DNA of 64,000 nucleotides from Callorhinchus milii (lineage: Eukaryota): assembly GCF_018977255.1 (NCBI RefSeq), contig NW_024704742.1:129768001-129832000 (forward strand), written 5' to 3'. A program made the position numbers and the translations under genes. The notes below the pieces were generated by a model. That model saw nothing but the letters and a program-made list of their open reading frames with translations. It was not told where the DNA came from and made no database searches. Shown one piece after another: positions 51,980 to 64,000 of this stretch. Each line of letters starts with the position of its first letter. The stretch's first letter is position 1.

Positions 51980-53419
51980 GTAACATTTCAACACCATATT
52001 TTTCAAATAGGACTACGGCATCTTAACATTCACCTGAACAGGCAGACCGGCCTTGGTTTAACATGTCGTCTGAAGGATGGTGACTCCACAACTCCAGCAC
52101 CGTATTAAACTATGAGTTCAAAGTCACTGGAGTGGGGATTTGAACCCACAAAACCAGACTCAGAGATAGCAGTGATACCGACTGAGCCAGGCTGGCATCT
52201 AAAATACAACGGTTATTATATTCAGTACACAGCAGTGAATCGGGAATGCGTAAAAGTGCCTGCAAACACAGATTAGCCCAAGTGCGAGGAGGATTGGGAG
52301 TCAAATGCTTTGTGACCCTTTGAAATGTCGTTCACTTCATGGCTGTTTGCGAGGATTCATCTGCCATTCCTCTGCTGGTTTCCGTTTCTGTTAAGTTGGT
52401 ATCGATGTGGGAGGAGGCATCAAAGTTTCCTGTTCAAGCAGAATCAGGACAAAAGCAAAGTGCATATATATACATGCGCACATGTGTGTGTATGTACAGA
52501 GTGTAGGGGGTGGTGGGTGGCATGAGACAGTGTATCTGTGTGCCTGTGGTGGTGGTGGGCACTGCATACTGTCTGGTAATGTCACCCCCGTCTTCAATCT
52601 CCCATCTCCTTCACACCATGATAAGTGGGAGGTTTCTGTCGAGCGAAATGGAGAGGACAGGAGAGGTGAGCGGCGTCTGACACTCATCGTGTCCCAGTGT
52701 TTGACTGCACTGTAACCTTGCCTGATGCAGTGTTAGCTCTCTCGTGTCTGAGTCAGAAGGTTGTGGGTTCAAGCCCCACGTTGAGACTCAGAATCACAAT
52801 ATTTAAACTGACATTCCAATCAGTGCTGGGGGTATATTTCAATGTTTGTGGGTGTCTATATCTCTATCGCAGACACTCTCTCATTCCTCGTCTGCCTGTG
52901 TTTCTCCCTCTATCTGTATCTCAGTCTGTGTTCCTCACTCCTTCCCTGAGTCTGTCTATCTGTCGGTCTGTCTCTCTCTCACTGTGTGTGTTCGTAACAA
53001 GCCATTTGGCCCAACTAATCAATGCCAGTGTTTATACTCCACATGAGGCTCCACCCCTCATAAACCCCTGTATTACCTTCTCATTGATGTAAACAACAAG
53101 TTCCTCTTAAATACATTGATGCTTTTTGCTTCTCATTATGTCTCAGTCGCTCACACACATTGCTTGTTCAATTTCCTCTCTGTCGGAATTCAAAATCCTC
53201 GTCCTTGTCTTCAAAGCCCTTCACGGCCTTGCTTCTCCCTACCTCTGTGACCTGCTAAATCCATAAATAAAACAAATTTGGTTACTCAATCCACAACTGC
53301 TTGTGGGACGCTGCTGTGTGCAATTGGCTGCCACTTTTCTCCCACAAAATATACAGTCAATTCACTTTACAGTGTATTCTGTGAAGCGCTTTGAGACGTC
53401 TAAAAGAAGTGATAAACTA

Positions 53420-56055
53420 TAACAACAACAACAACAACAAGATTCCATTTATAAAGCGCCTTTCACGTCAGGAGGACGTCCCAAGGCGCTGCACAGTTGG
53501 GTCAGGACCCGAGCAGGGGGGAAATGGTCAGGGTGAGGGGAGGGAAGGGAGGGAGCGAGGAGGGGGAAATGGTCAGGGTGAGGGGAGGGAAGAGAGGGAG
53601 CGAGGAGGGGAAGAGAGTCGAGAGGGGAGCTGAAGGCTCGGTCAAAGAGAAAGGTTTTGAGACCGGCCTTGAAGGAGGAGAGGGAGGGAGCAAGGCGAAG
53701 GCACTGGGGGATGGAGTTCCAGAGCCTGGGGGCTGAGAGGCTGAAGGCCCGACCACCGATGGTAGGGCGGTTGGGGCGGGGGACGTGGAGCAGACCGGAG
53801 CCAGAGGAACGGAGGGTACGGGCAGGTAGGTAGGGGGATAGTAGGTTGGAGAGGTAGGAGGGAGCAAGGCCGTGGATGGCCTTGTAGGTGAGGATGAGGA
53901 TCTTGAAATCAATCCTCTGGGGGATGGGGAGCCAGTGGAGGCGAGCGAGGGTGGGAGTGATGTGGTCCCGAAGCCTGGTGCGGGACAGTACACGAGCTGC
54001 AGAGTTCTGAATGACCTGCAGCTTGTGGAGGGAGGTGGCGGGAAGGCCGGCGAGGAGAGAGTTCCCATAGTCCAGCCTTGAGGTGACAAAGGCGTGGACC
54101 AGGGTTTCAGCAGCGTGAGGGGTGAGGTAGTGCCGTAGTCTGGCGATGTTCCGGAGGTGATGGAAGGCGGTGCCAGTTGTGGTGCGGATGTGAGGGAGAA
54201 AGGACAGCTCAGGGTCGAACAAAACGCCGAGGTTCCTGACTGGCTTTGAGAGGTGGAGAGTGCAGCCTTGGATGCTGATGGTGTCAGCGCCTGAGGTGCG
54301 GAGGCGCTGACGTGAGCCAATCAGGAGGGCCTCGGTTTTTCGCACGTTGAGCTGAAGAAAGTTGTCTCTCGTCCAAGACTCGACATCGGACATCGGTGGT
54401 CGTGGAGTTGAGAGTAGAGGAGGAAAGGTAGAGTTGGGTGTCATCCGCATACATGTGGATGATGTCTGCGGATGATGTCACCAAGGGGGAGCATATAGAG
54501 GGTGAAGAGGAGGGGACCGAGGACAGAGCCCTGAGGGACACCACATGAGACAGTGCGGGGGGTGGAGGAGAAGCCATTTGTGGAGACAAAGTGAAGACGG
54601 TGAGAAAGGTACGACCTAAACCACTCAAGGACAGTGCCTTGAAGGTTGAGGTGGGAGGACAAGCGGTGGAGTAGGATAGCGTGGTCGACCGTATCGAATG
54701 CTGCCGATAGGTCGAGGAGGACGAGGAGGCAGAGGGAGCCCTGGTCACAGATGGTCAGGATATCATTGGTGACCTTGACCAGGGCAGTTTCTGTGCTATG
54801 GGCAGCACGGAAACCTGACTGAAGGGGTTCGAAAAGTGAATGGGTGGAAAGGAAAGAGCGCAGTTGGGAGGCGACAACTCTTTCCAGGACCTTGGAGAGA
54901 AAGGGGAGGTTGGAGATGGGCCGGTAGCTTGATAGCTGCGACGCATCAAGGGAGGGTTTTTTCAGGGTGGGCGTGATGGTGGCAGTTTTTAAGGGAATGG
55001 GGACAGAGCCAGAGGAGAGGGACAGGTTGACGATGTCGGTGATATGTGGGGCAAGAAAGTGGAGCTGGGAGATAAGGAGTGGAGTGGGGATGGGGTCAAG
55101 GGAGCAGGTGGTTGGTTTTAGGGATAGGATGAGTTTGGTGACAGAGGGTGGGGAAACGGGTACAAAAGTGAGTAGGGGAGGATGGGTAGCAGTCGGAGTG
55201 TGGGAGTGAGGAGGTGGGGGGTTGGTGGATGTTGGAGGGGAAGTGACCGCGGAGCGGATTCCCTTGATCTTGGATTCAAGGAAATCCAGCATCTCCTCGC
55301 AGTGAAGGTTGGAGGAGATGATCTGCGCGGGGTGGTGGGGGGGATGGAGGAGTCGGGTTGTGGTGGAAAACAGTAGCCTGGGGTTGTTCTTCGCCTCCAG
55401 GATTATCCTGGAGTAGAAGGACGACTTGGCCGAGGCTAGAGTGGAGCGGTAAATTTTGAGGAGGTCCAGCCAGATTTGTCGGTGGACCGTTAGGCCAGAT
55501 TTGACACAGGTGCGTTCAGCGGCCCGCACCTGGCTTTTCAGTGAGCGGAGGTGGGTGGTGTACCAGGGGGAGGAGCGGGAGTATGAGACAGTGCGGGAAG
55601 TGATGGGGGCAAGAGTATCGAGTGTGGAGGAGAGGGTATTGTTGAGGAGGGAGAGAGGAGAAGAGGGGTCGGTGAGGGTTGAAGGCCAGAGGGAGAGGAG
55701 TTAAGAGGACTCCAAGGCATCGGTTAGGGATTGTGGGGGTAACTTCTTCCAAGGGCGGTAGAAGATGGTGGTGGGTCTGGTGGAGGTGGGGAGGGGGGTG
55801 GAGGTGGTGAAGGAGATGAAGTGGTGGTCAGAGATGGCCTTGTCGGTAATAGTGACATCCAAGACACTGAGGCCCCGGGTGATCACCAAATCGAGTGGGT
55901 GGCCGTGACTGTGAGTGGGGGAGTTTATGTGTAAGGAGAGGTTGAGTGAGGAGAGCAGGGAAGAGAAGTCTGAGGAGAGGAGGCACAGTGAGTTGCGAAT
56001 GTAACAAGGTGGAGATGCAGGGAGGAGGAAGAGAATAGAGCTTGGGAAGAACAAG
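53420..56055 (-). mobile_element. Young L2 LINE, about 2.6 kb, 5'-truncated within the APE domain
   Basis: ORFs 54441-55529 and 53449-54450: [45 protein letters not shown]; (TTG)n tail. Confidence 0.95.
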
Positions 56056-56243
56056 AGAGGAAAGATCTGTCACAACCATTGTACACAGGAAGACAGAGTC
56101 CTCAATTAATGCACAACTTCACTATGGATCATGATCTAATTTAAAGGGGTATAATCCCTTCATTGACATGTCTCAATTATTTAAAGGCTCTGGCGCATCA
56201 TAGACTGGAATTGGTGTGTTTTCTGTTTGTAGCCAGGAGTTGG

Positions 56244-57781
56244 AGGCCCATCTCCAACCTCCCCTTTCTCTCCAAGGTCCTGGAAAGAGTTGTCGCCTCC
56301 CAACTGCGCTCTTTCCTTTCCACCCATTCACTCTTCGAACCCCTTCAGTCAGGTTTCCGTGCTGCCCATAGCACAGAAACTGCCCTGGTCAAGGTCACCA
56401 ATGATATCCTGACCATCTGTGACCAGGGCTCCCTCTGCCTCCTCGTCCTCCTCGACCTATCGGCAGCATTCGATACGGTCGACCACGCTATCCTACTCCA
56501 CCGCTTGTCCTCCCACCTCAACCTTCAAGGCACTGTCCTTGAGTGGTTTAGGTCGTACCTTTCTCACCGTCTTCACTTTGTCTCCACAAATGGCTTCTCC
56601 TCCACCCCCCGCACTGTCTCATGTGGTGTCCCTCAGGGCTCTGTCCTCGGGCCCCTCCTCTTCACTCTCTATATGCTCCCCCTTGGTGACATCATCCGCA
56701 GACATGGAGTTAACTTCCACATGTATGTGGATGACACCCAACTCTACCTTTCCTCCTCTATTCTCAACTCCACGACCACCGATGTCCTGACAGCTGCCTG
56801 TCCGACATCGAGTCTTGGACGAGAGACAACTTTCTTCAGCTCAACGTGCGAAAAACCGAGGCCCTCCTGATTGGCTCACGTCAGCGCCTCCGCACCTCAG
56901 GCGCTGACACCATCAGCATCCAAGGCTGCACTCTCCACCTCTCAAAGCCAATCAGGAACCTCGGCGTTTTGTTCGACCCTGAGCTGTCCTTTCTCCCTCA
57001 CATCCGCACCACAACTGGCACCGCTTTCCATCACCTCCGGAACATCGCCAGACTACGGCACTACCTCACCCCTCACGCTGCTGAAACCCTGGTTCACGCC
57101 TTTATCACCTCAAGGCTGGACTATGGAAACCTTCTCCTCGCCGGCCTTCCCGGCACCTCCCTCCACAAGCTGCAGGTCATTCAGAACTCTGCAGCTCGTG
57201 TACTGTCCCGCACCAGGCTTCGGGACCACATCACTCCCACCCTCACTCGCCTCCACTGGCTCCCCATCCCCCAGAGGATTGATTTCAAGATCCTCATCCT
57301 CACCTATAAGGCCATCCACGGCCTTGCTCCCTCCTACCTCTCCAACCTACTATCCCTCTACTTACCTGCCCGTACCCTCCGTTCCTCCGGCTCCGGTCTG
57401 CTCCACGTCCCCCGCCCCAACCGCCCTACCATCGGTGGTCGGGCCTTCAGCCTCTCAGCCCCCAGGCTCTGGAACTCTATCCCCCAGTGCCTTCGCCTTG
57501 CTCCCTCCCTCTCCTCCTTCAAGGCCGGTCTCAAAACCTTTCTCTTTGACCGAGCCTTCAGCTCCCCTCTCGACTCTCTTCCCCCTCCTCGCTCGCTCCC
57601 TCCCTTCCCTCCCCTCACCCTGACCATTTCCCCCTCCTCGCTCCCTCCCTTCCCTCCCCTCACCCTGACCATTTCCCCCTGCTCGGGTCCTGACCCAACT
57701 GTGCAGTGCCTTGGGACGTCCTCCTGACGTGAAAGGCGCTTTATAAATGGAATCTTGTTGTTGTTGTTGTTGTTGTTGTTT
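56244..57781 (+). mobile_element. Young L2 LINE, about 1.5 kb 3' part, inverted relative to 53420-56055
   Basis: [14 protein letters not shown]...YVDDTQLY...LKTFLFDRAF; (TTG)n tail ending about 31 nt before CA exon 6. Confidence 0.95.
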
Positions 57782-57812
57782 CAAGCAGTACAGTTGTTTA
57801 TATGTGTTGCAG

Positions 57813-57879
57813 GTTGGACCACAGGAGAACGAACATTACAATCACATTTTTAAAAAGCTTGAAGATATTACAGAGGAAG
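57813..57879 (+). CDS. ca9: CA exon 6
   Basis: VGPQENEHYNHIFKKLEDITEE; 67 nt; donor GTAAGT. Confidence 0.93.
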
Positions 57880-59270
57880 GTAAGTGTTTTCTTTCGCAGC
57901 CTGCCATATCACACACCAAAAGCTCTTCACTGTTTCATTAGTTTTTCTTGACCCCTTTGCAGTTGAGGTAATGGAGCCAATACATAGTGAACCTATCCAG
58001 ACACCCTCCTCAACATCTGTGGAGAAGTTCCACCTAGGTCTAGATTTACTCAATTCGTGCCTCCGTGCCTGTGGGGGGTACCTTGTCATGCAATCTCTGT
58101 GTCTATTTCCATCTTTTCTCTGTCTCTATCCTCAATCTTTCTGTAATAATAATAATAATCCTTACATTTGAGATAACACTTTATCACGTCGTTGATAAGG
58201 CACTATATCAAATAGCGCTTCACAGAATATATTGTATCGATTGACTGTGTATTTTGTGGACGAAATGCGGCAGCCAATTGCACACAGGAATGTCCCACAA
58301 ACAATCGTGGATTGAGTGATCAATTTTTTAAAAGAAACTGAGGGATTATTACCACCAATCGACTAACGACTGTGTTCCTACTTACTGCTAAATAAACAGG
58401 GTGTGGAGTAAGGAAACTTGCCTAAGTTTCACCCGCACTGACCACAAAGGAAAAAGAACTTTCATAATACTGGGGTAGGGCAGATGGGTGTTCAAGTGTC
58501 AACAGCTGCCTTTCCCACTTCAACCTTCAACATCTTATCTGTCTATAAAGCATTGGCTGTATTTGCCAGGAATGTAACTGCACATAAAGGTGTGGCCTAT
58601 GCAAACTGGTTTATTATAATGAGACTCCTCAGTCAGGAGTAACCTGACACACACTGTGTAACACTGTGGGGTGCCTGAACAGACTCAACTTTTAGACTTG
58701 TAACAAGTTTCCTTCTTATAATAAATACGGAAGATACATCGCAGGACTATTGGGGTAAAATTTGCAATCAGCGAGAATTTAAGGAGCGCTTTAAGAAATT
58801 CTGCAAATTTTATCCCAATCATCTTATTTTTGATTTCCCCTCCCCTCTTCAAAATTACATTAAGTTCTGTATTAAAATAAATCCATTTGGCTGTTCAGTG
58901 GACTTTATAGATCCCATGGCTCTATTCGAAAAAAGAGGGAGTTTCTCTCTCCCAGTCGACAAATCCTCCAAATAAAATTGGTCGCTCACTCCATGGCTGA
59001 TTGTGGGACATCGCTATGTTAAATTGACTGCTGCATTTGTCCACAAACTGCAGTCAGAAAACACTTCACAATAAATCCTATGAAATACCTTGAGACATCC
59101 TCCCGACGTGAAAGGGGGTATACCAATTGCAAGGATTATTATTCTTGATTTTTTATTTATATGAATCTAAGTCTGATGCGTTTGTGACTTGTACAGACAG
59201 TTTTTTGATATTTAAACTTTTCTTCAGCCGATTGTATGACACCCATGGTATGAATGTGGTTGCATTTTAG

Positions 59271-59428
59271 GTAGCAAAGTATCCATCCCTGGCTTTGATA
59301 TCAAGAACTTGTTGCCCCGTCAATTGGGCCACTATTTCCGATACAGCGGGTCACTGACCACTCCTCCCTGCGATCAGACTGTTAACTGGACTATATTCAA
59401 AGACACAATCCAAATTTCCCAATTGCAG
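59271..59428 (+). CDS. ca9: CA exon 7 (Thr199, Cys203 equivalents)
   Basis: GSKVSIPGFDIKNLLPRQLGHYFRYSGSLTTPPCDQTVNWTIFKDTIQISQLQ; 158 nt; N-W-T glycosylation sequon. Confidence 0.95.
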
Positions 59429-60066
59429 GTATGTATCCAATTAATGTGCAAATGGAATTTACCTCCCAATATGGAATTACGGTGCTATCCTCCTTCAGGG
59501 AAAAGTAATGGGGTCTCCCAATGATTGAGTTGACTCCTCCATCACAGGCATGGAGAAAGGAGCTTGACCAACTCTTTGAGATGTATTCAGTGATCCATAT
59601 CAGAGAGCCAATTTTGTCCACAGCACTGTTGATGGTTGGCTCATCAATGGAAAGTGGAAAGATAAGCCCCCTCTGCATGTCAAACACAACCTCAACTGAG
59701 ACTGTCCTAATCCTTTAGGACCCTATCAGTGAGAGCAATGAGAGCAGCAATTTCATTCTAATCAATTTGGAGACTAGTTTCATGAGTCAGTGTAACTTAC
59801 ATGGGGTTTTGCACCGGAGTAGCACTGTCTAACCCAGTGGCCATTGGCCACATCTATGCTAGCGTTTGAGATGTTTTGACATGATAAAGCGACAGAAGAT
59901 CCATTTCAGTCACACAAGTCAAAACGCAAGTTGATTCGTTGATGTGAAAGTGGCCACATCTGGTCACAGGTAGCCAGTGGTCACTGGTTGGACAATGCTG
60001 CACTGGATGCACTGTTTATCCTATTGTTGTTGTTGTTGTTAAGGTACTTTTTTCATTGTCAATCTC

Positions 60067-60925
60067 CTAGAATCACAGAAACATAGAATTATACAGCACA
60101 GAAGGAGGCCATTCGGCCCATCATGTCTGTGCCAGCTCTTTGAAAAGAGCTTCCAAATCAATCCCACTCTCCCTCTCTCTCCAAAGGCCTGCAAACTTGT
60201 TCTCCCCAAATAATTATCTACTTCTCTCTTAAAAGTTGTTATCGAATCAGCTTCCACCCCCCTTTCAGGCAATGCATTCCAGATCCGAACAACTCGCTGT
60301 GTGAAGAAACTTCTCCTCACCTCCCCTCTGTTTCTTTTAACAACTATGTTAAATCGGTCTCCTCGGGTTACCGACCCACCTGCCAGTGGAAATAGTTTCT
60401 CCTTGTTCACCCCATCAAATTCTCTCGTAATTTAGAAAACTTCTTTTAAGTCTCCTCTTAAACAACTCTGCTCCAAGGAGAATAATCCTAGCTTCTCTAG
60501 CCTCTCCTGATAACTGAAGTCCCTCATTCCTGGTACCATTCTGGTAAATCTCCTTTGCATCCTCTCCAATGCCTTGATATCCTTCCTAAAGTGTGGTGCC
60601 CAGAACTGAACACAGTCTCTCGCTGAGGCCTCACCAGTGTTTTATAAAGGTTCATCATAACTTCCTGACTTTTGTATTCTATGCCCCTATTTATAAAGCC
60701 TAGTATCCCATATGCTTTTTTACCAGCTTTATCTACCTGTCCTGACACCTTCAAAGATTTACTTATATGAACCCCCAGACTGTCTGTTGCTTCTCCCCCT
60801 TTAAGATTGTACTATCCAACTTATATTGCCTCTCCGCATTCTTCCTCCCAAAATGTATCACTTCGCATTTCTCCACATTAAACTTCATCTGCCACGTATC
60901 TGCCCATTTTACCAGTCTGTCTCTG
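60067..60925 (-). mobile_element. 5'-truncated CR1 LINE in CA intron 7
   Basis: Same subfamily as 9237-10895; FFTQRVVRIWNALP. Confidence 0.92.
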
Positions 60926-61142
60926 TCCATTTGCTCAACCCCACTGTTGGTTTTGTGGTTAGTCTAATATAAGGAGTCTTAATCAGAGGAGAAAGACTTG
61001 GAAGAAGCAAGTCACTCTATTGGTCTCTCGAAAATTTTAACACCAGGATTTTTCTATCAGTATTTAACTTTTTGGTTGATTTACAGTAATTTCTGCGAAG
61101 CTTTGAGATCAGTTACTGACATTCCTTTCCTTTTCCCTTCAG

Positions 61143-61272
61143 TTGCACAGGCTGAAGAGCTCTTTAAGGACCAGCGACAATCAGATATTGTCCTGTAACT
61201 ACAGAGACGTTCAGCCCCTTAACAGAAGGCCTGTGTTTGTTTCCTTCCCAGAGGGGTTGTTACACAGAGAAG
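61143..61272 (+). CDS. ca9: CA exon 8 (end of catalytic domain)
   Basis: LHRLKSSLRTSDNQILSCNYRDVQPLNRRPVFVSFPEGLLHRE; 130 nt; donor AAG|GTATGC; phase 1. Confidence 0.93.
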
Positions 61273-61596
61273 GTATGCAAATTGCTGGCTAATGATTACA
61301 AACTCAAATCCTCACTCCTCATATTTGAGTTTCAGTTCTGATCGTGTGAAACTCACCAGGTGTTCTCAGAGCAGAGAAACTGCAAACACTGTATATAGCT
61401 TAAAAGGTAAAGAAACTAGTCAATACGTAAAAAGAGTTAGACTTAATGTGCTCCTTTCTGCCTGTATCAATAACTCAAAGATGCATTCGAAATTTAAAGA
61501 TGTGATGAATTTCCTTTGTTGGTGAAACCAAGTGAACCTACAAGTCATGATGAATTTGAAAAGAAAGGGAAACAACATGGAGCATTAGTATCGACT

Positions 61597-61972
61597 TGTG
61601 GAGTCCTGTAAAATATTGATTAAAGCACTCGCCTCGCAAGAGAGAGGAGCTAAGTCCAAAACCCAGACAGGGTAAAACCTTGGGCAAGTTTCCTTACTCC
61701 ACACCCCTCTGTTTACCTAACAGTAAGTAGGAACTCGGTTGTTAATCGATTGGCAGATCACTTTCCGAGGATTATAATCCCTTCAAAAAATAATAATAAT
61801 TTGGTCACTCAATCCACGACTGTTTGTGGGACACTGCTTTGTGTAATTGACTGCTGTGTTTCACCCACAAAATATACAGTCAATTCACTTTACAGTATAA
61901 TCTGTGAAGCTCTTTGAGACGTCTCGAAGACGTGATAATGGGCTATATCAAATGCAAGGATTATTACTATTA
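61597..61972 (+). mobile_element. Full-length tRNA-SINE (same family)
   Basis: Colinear with 20011-20394. Confidence 0.9.
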
Positions 61973-62509
61973 TAGTCCCAGAAAGTTGCAACACTGCAAT
62001 AAACAACCGCAGCTTAGTTCCCCTTCAAAAATATTTTGAAATGAATCACATGGTGGAAACTAAAAACAGGAAAGGATTTCTATTTTAGTTTTTCACAGCC
62101 TTAATTCTTCCTTTTTAACTTAACCCAGAGGCTGTTATTCCTCAGCAAATACTGTACATATTCATCTCACTAAGTTTTGGATTCAGATGCCTGAAATTAT
62201 GATAAATTGAATTTATAATAATAATCCTTGCATTTGGTATAGTGCCTTATCACATCTTCGAGGGGTCTCAAAGCGCTTCATAGAATATACTAGAAAGTGA
62301 ATTGATTTTAAATTTTGTGGGTGAAATTTGAGAATTTTTCACAATTCTGCCCAAATCTCAAATATTGAAACAAATGGTCAGATAATGGTCTAAGTCTCAA
62401 AAAAAGTCCCTTCCCCCACTCCAATGAGTTTGCATAGTCGAACCTCGATGTAATGAAATACTCTATAAATCTTCAATGCTCTCAAATTTTTTCTGAACCT
62501 CTCCTTTTA

Positions 62510-62871
62510 TAATAATAACCCTTGCATTTGATATAGCACCTTATCATGTAGTCCAGACGTCTCAAAGTGCTTCACAGAGTATACGGTAAAATGAATTGAC
62601 TGTAAATTTTGTGAGCAAAACACAGCAGCCGATTGCACTCAGCAGTGTCCCACAAAAAGGCCTGGATTGAGTGACCAACTTATTATTTTTTTTGAAGGAA
62701 TTATTACCCTCAGAAAAGTGATTCGCCAATCAACTAACAACCAGGTTGTTAACTTCTAGGCAAACAGAAACAGAGAGTACGGAAACTTACCCAATATTTC
62801 ACCCTATGGGAATGAAACCCAGGCCTCTTGCTTGCCAGGCGAATGCTCTAATCACTGAGATACAGGACTCC
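62510..62871 (-). mobile_element. Full-length tRNA-SINE (same family), inverted relative to 61597-61972
   Basis: Reverse-complement match including the head and the (TAT)n tail. Confidence 0.88.
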
Positions 62872-63271
62872 AGCACTTTCTCAAAGCGCTTTACGGAATA
62901 TATTGTAAAGTGAATTGACTTGTGTATTTTGTGGGCGAAATGCAGCAGTCAATTGTGCACAACAATGCCACGGAAACAGAGTAACCAAACTTGTATGTAA
63001 CACATCATTTTACTTGTCAGATTTGAAGCCTAATCTTCTTCCCATCCAATTCAATGCCTTTGAGTTTAAAATCAACACCTCGAAAAAATGAAAGCTAAAA
63101 TGAAGGAAGATAAGCTCTGTGATGCAGTTTTTATGTCCTTATTTTCAGCTCTTGGATGTTAAGGCAATTAAAGATATCTCAGTGGTGACACTGCCTTCAT
63201 AATTACATTATAGTACCGTATATAATGAATGTATTTGCTGAGCTGGGGAGTTCATTGAATTTTACCTTATA

Positions 63272-63620
63272 TAACAACAACAACTTGCATTTATATAGTG
63301 CTCTTCACGTGGTGTAGGGTCCGGGAATGCTTCACAGTGACAGAGTCTGACAATGAGCCAGGAGGAGAGTGAGGTGACCATAAGCACGATCAAAAAGGAA
63401 CGTCTTCAGGCAGGATTTGAAAGTGGAGAGGGAGGGTGCAGGGCGGAGGGATTGAGGGAAAGAGTTCCAGAGTTTCAGGGCAAAGGGGCTGAAGGCACGG
63501 CCACCGATGGGGAAGAATAGGAGGCCGGAGCCAGCTGAGCAGAGGCAGCGGATGGTGGAGTGGAGGGTAAGCCGGTTGGATAAGTAGGGAGGTGCGAGGG
63601 AATGAAGGGATTTGAAAACA
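63272..63620 (-). mobile_element. Old L2 3' fragment
   Basis: (TTG)n tail and degenerate GGRAFSPFALKLWN-type segment. Confidence 0.75.
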
Positions 63621-64000
63621 GTTAATTCACTTTACAGTGTATTCTGTGAAATGCTTTGAGATGTCAAAGCATTTCACAGAATGTGATAAGGCGCTATATC
63701 AAATGCAAGGATTAGTATTATTTTTTAGTTCAAACTTACAAATACTTTTTGTACAGAGGGAGAAAACTGTGTCCATTACATCTCAAACAGCTGTGGATCC
63801 ATTCTGCTACAACTAATGCTCGATTCACAGTGATCTATCTGTATAACAGATAAGATCATAACCTGTAAATCTAGCAAGATACTTTTGCAATCTTTAGCCT
63901 TTCAAAACTTTGCAACACCACACCCAAAAGTTAGCGTCAATGATTGCAGTCACTCTCCTATGAATAATAATTCCATGCCAGATTGCTGAGAGAGTTAATA

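Larger units (their letters stand above)
39357..61272 (+). other. ca9: Spliced gene: extracellular alpha-carbonic anhydrase, CA IX-like (8 coding exons in window; C-terminal exon(s) not resolved)
   Basis: Exons of 94/30/171/143/93/67/158/130 nt join in frame (886 nt). Internal exon sizes match the mammalian CA9 layout as I recall it. Motifs HWSYEG, QSPINI, NNGHT, QLHLHWG, GSEH, EIHFVH, GLAVL, YFRYSGSLTTPPC, NYRDVQPLN. CA14/CA12 not formally excluded without a phylogeny. Confidence 0.8.

Noticed and set aside
53502..57623. Long Ser/Pro/Thr-rich mucin-like ORFs (272 aa, 250 aa; also 24485-25123)
   Set aside because: Alternative frames of C-rich L2 ORF2 sequence

Overview
Eukaryotic, intron- and transposon-rich vertebrate DNA, most likely a cartilaginous fish (chimaera/shark-like, inferred from the repeat complement of L2, CR1 and tRNA/Deu-type SINEs). 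There are no prokaryotic features. Two spliced genes are arranged head-to-head about 25 kb apart. (1) Minus strand, 13881->116 and continuing past the left edge: a type-I membrane protein with a signal peptide, two BPTI/Kunitz domains, an acidic stalk and a TM helix. Domain 1 has only 4 Cys; domain 2 is a canonical 6-Cys, P1-Lys domain. (2) Plus strand, 39357->61272 and probably continuing: an extracellular alpha-carbonic anhydrase best matching CA IX in exon sizes and motifs. Its Zn site is intact, it has no proteoglycan domain, and it carries an extra Cys pair. The rest is mostly retroelements: a near-full-length degenerate CR1, many L2 copies (including a young ~1.5 kb inverted pair in CA intron 5), about 20 SINEs with L2-like tails, three R4/Dong-like relics at SINE (TAA)n tails, and several MITE-like palindromes. 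I found no convincing wholly new multi-gene system; the findings are protein-level and transposon-level oddities. Most long ORFs in the supplied track are retroelement frames or their antisense. Repeat boundaries are approximate, read by eye.
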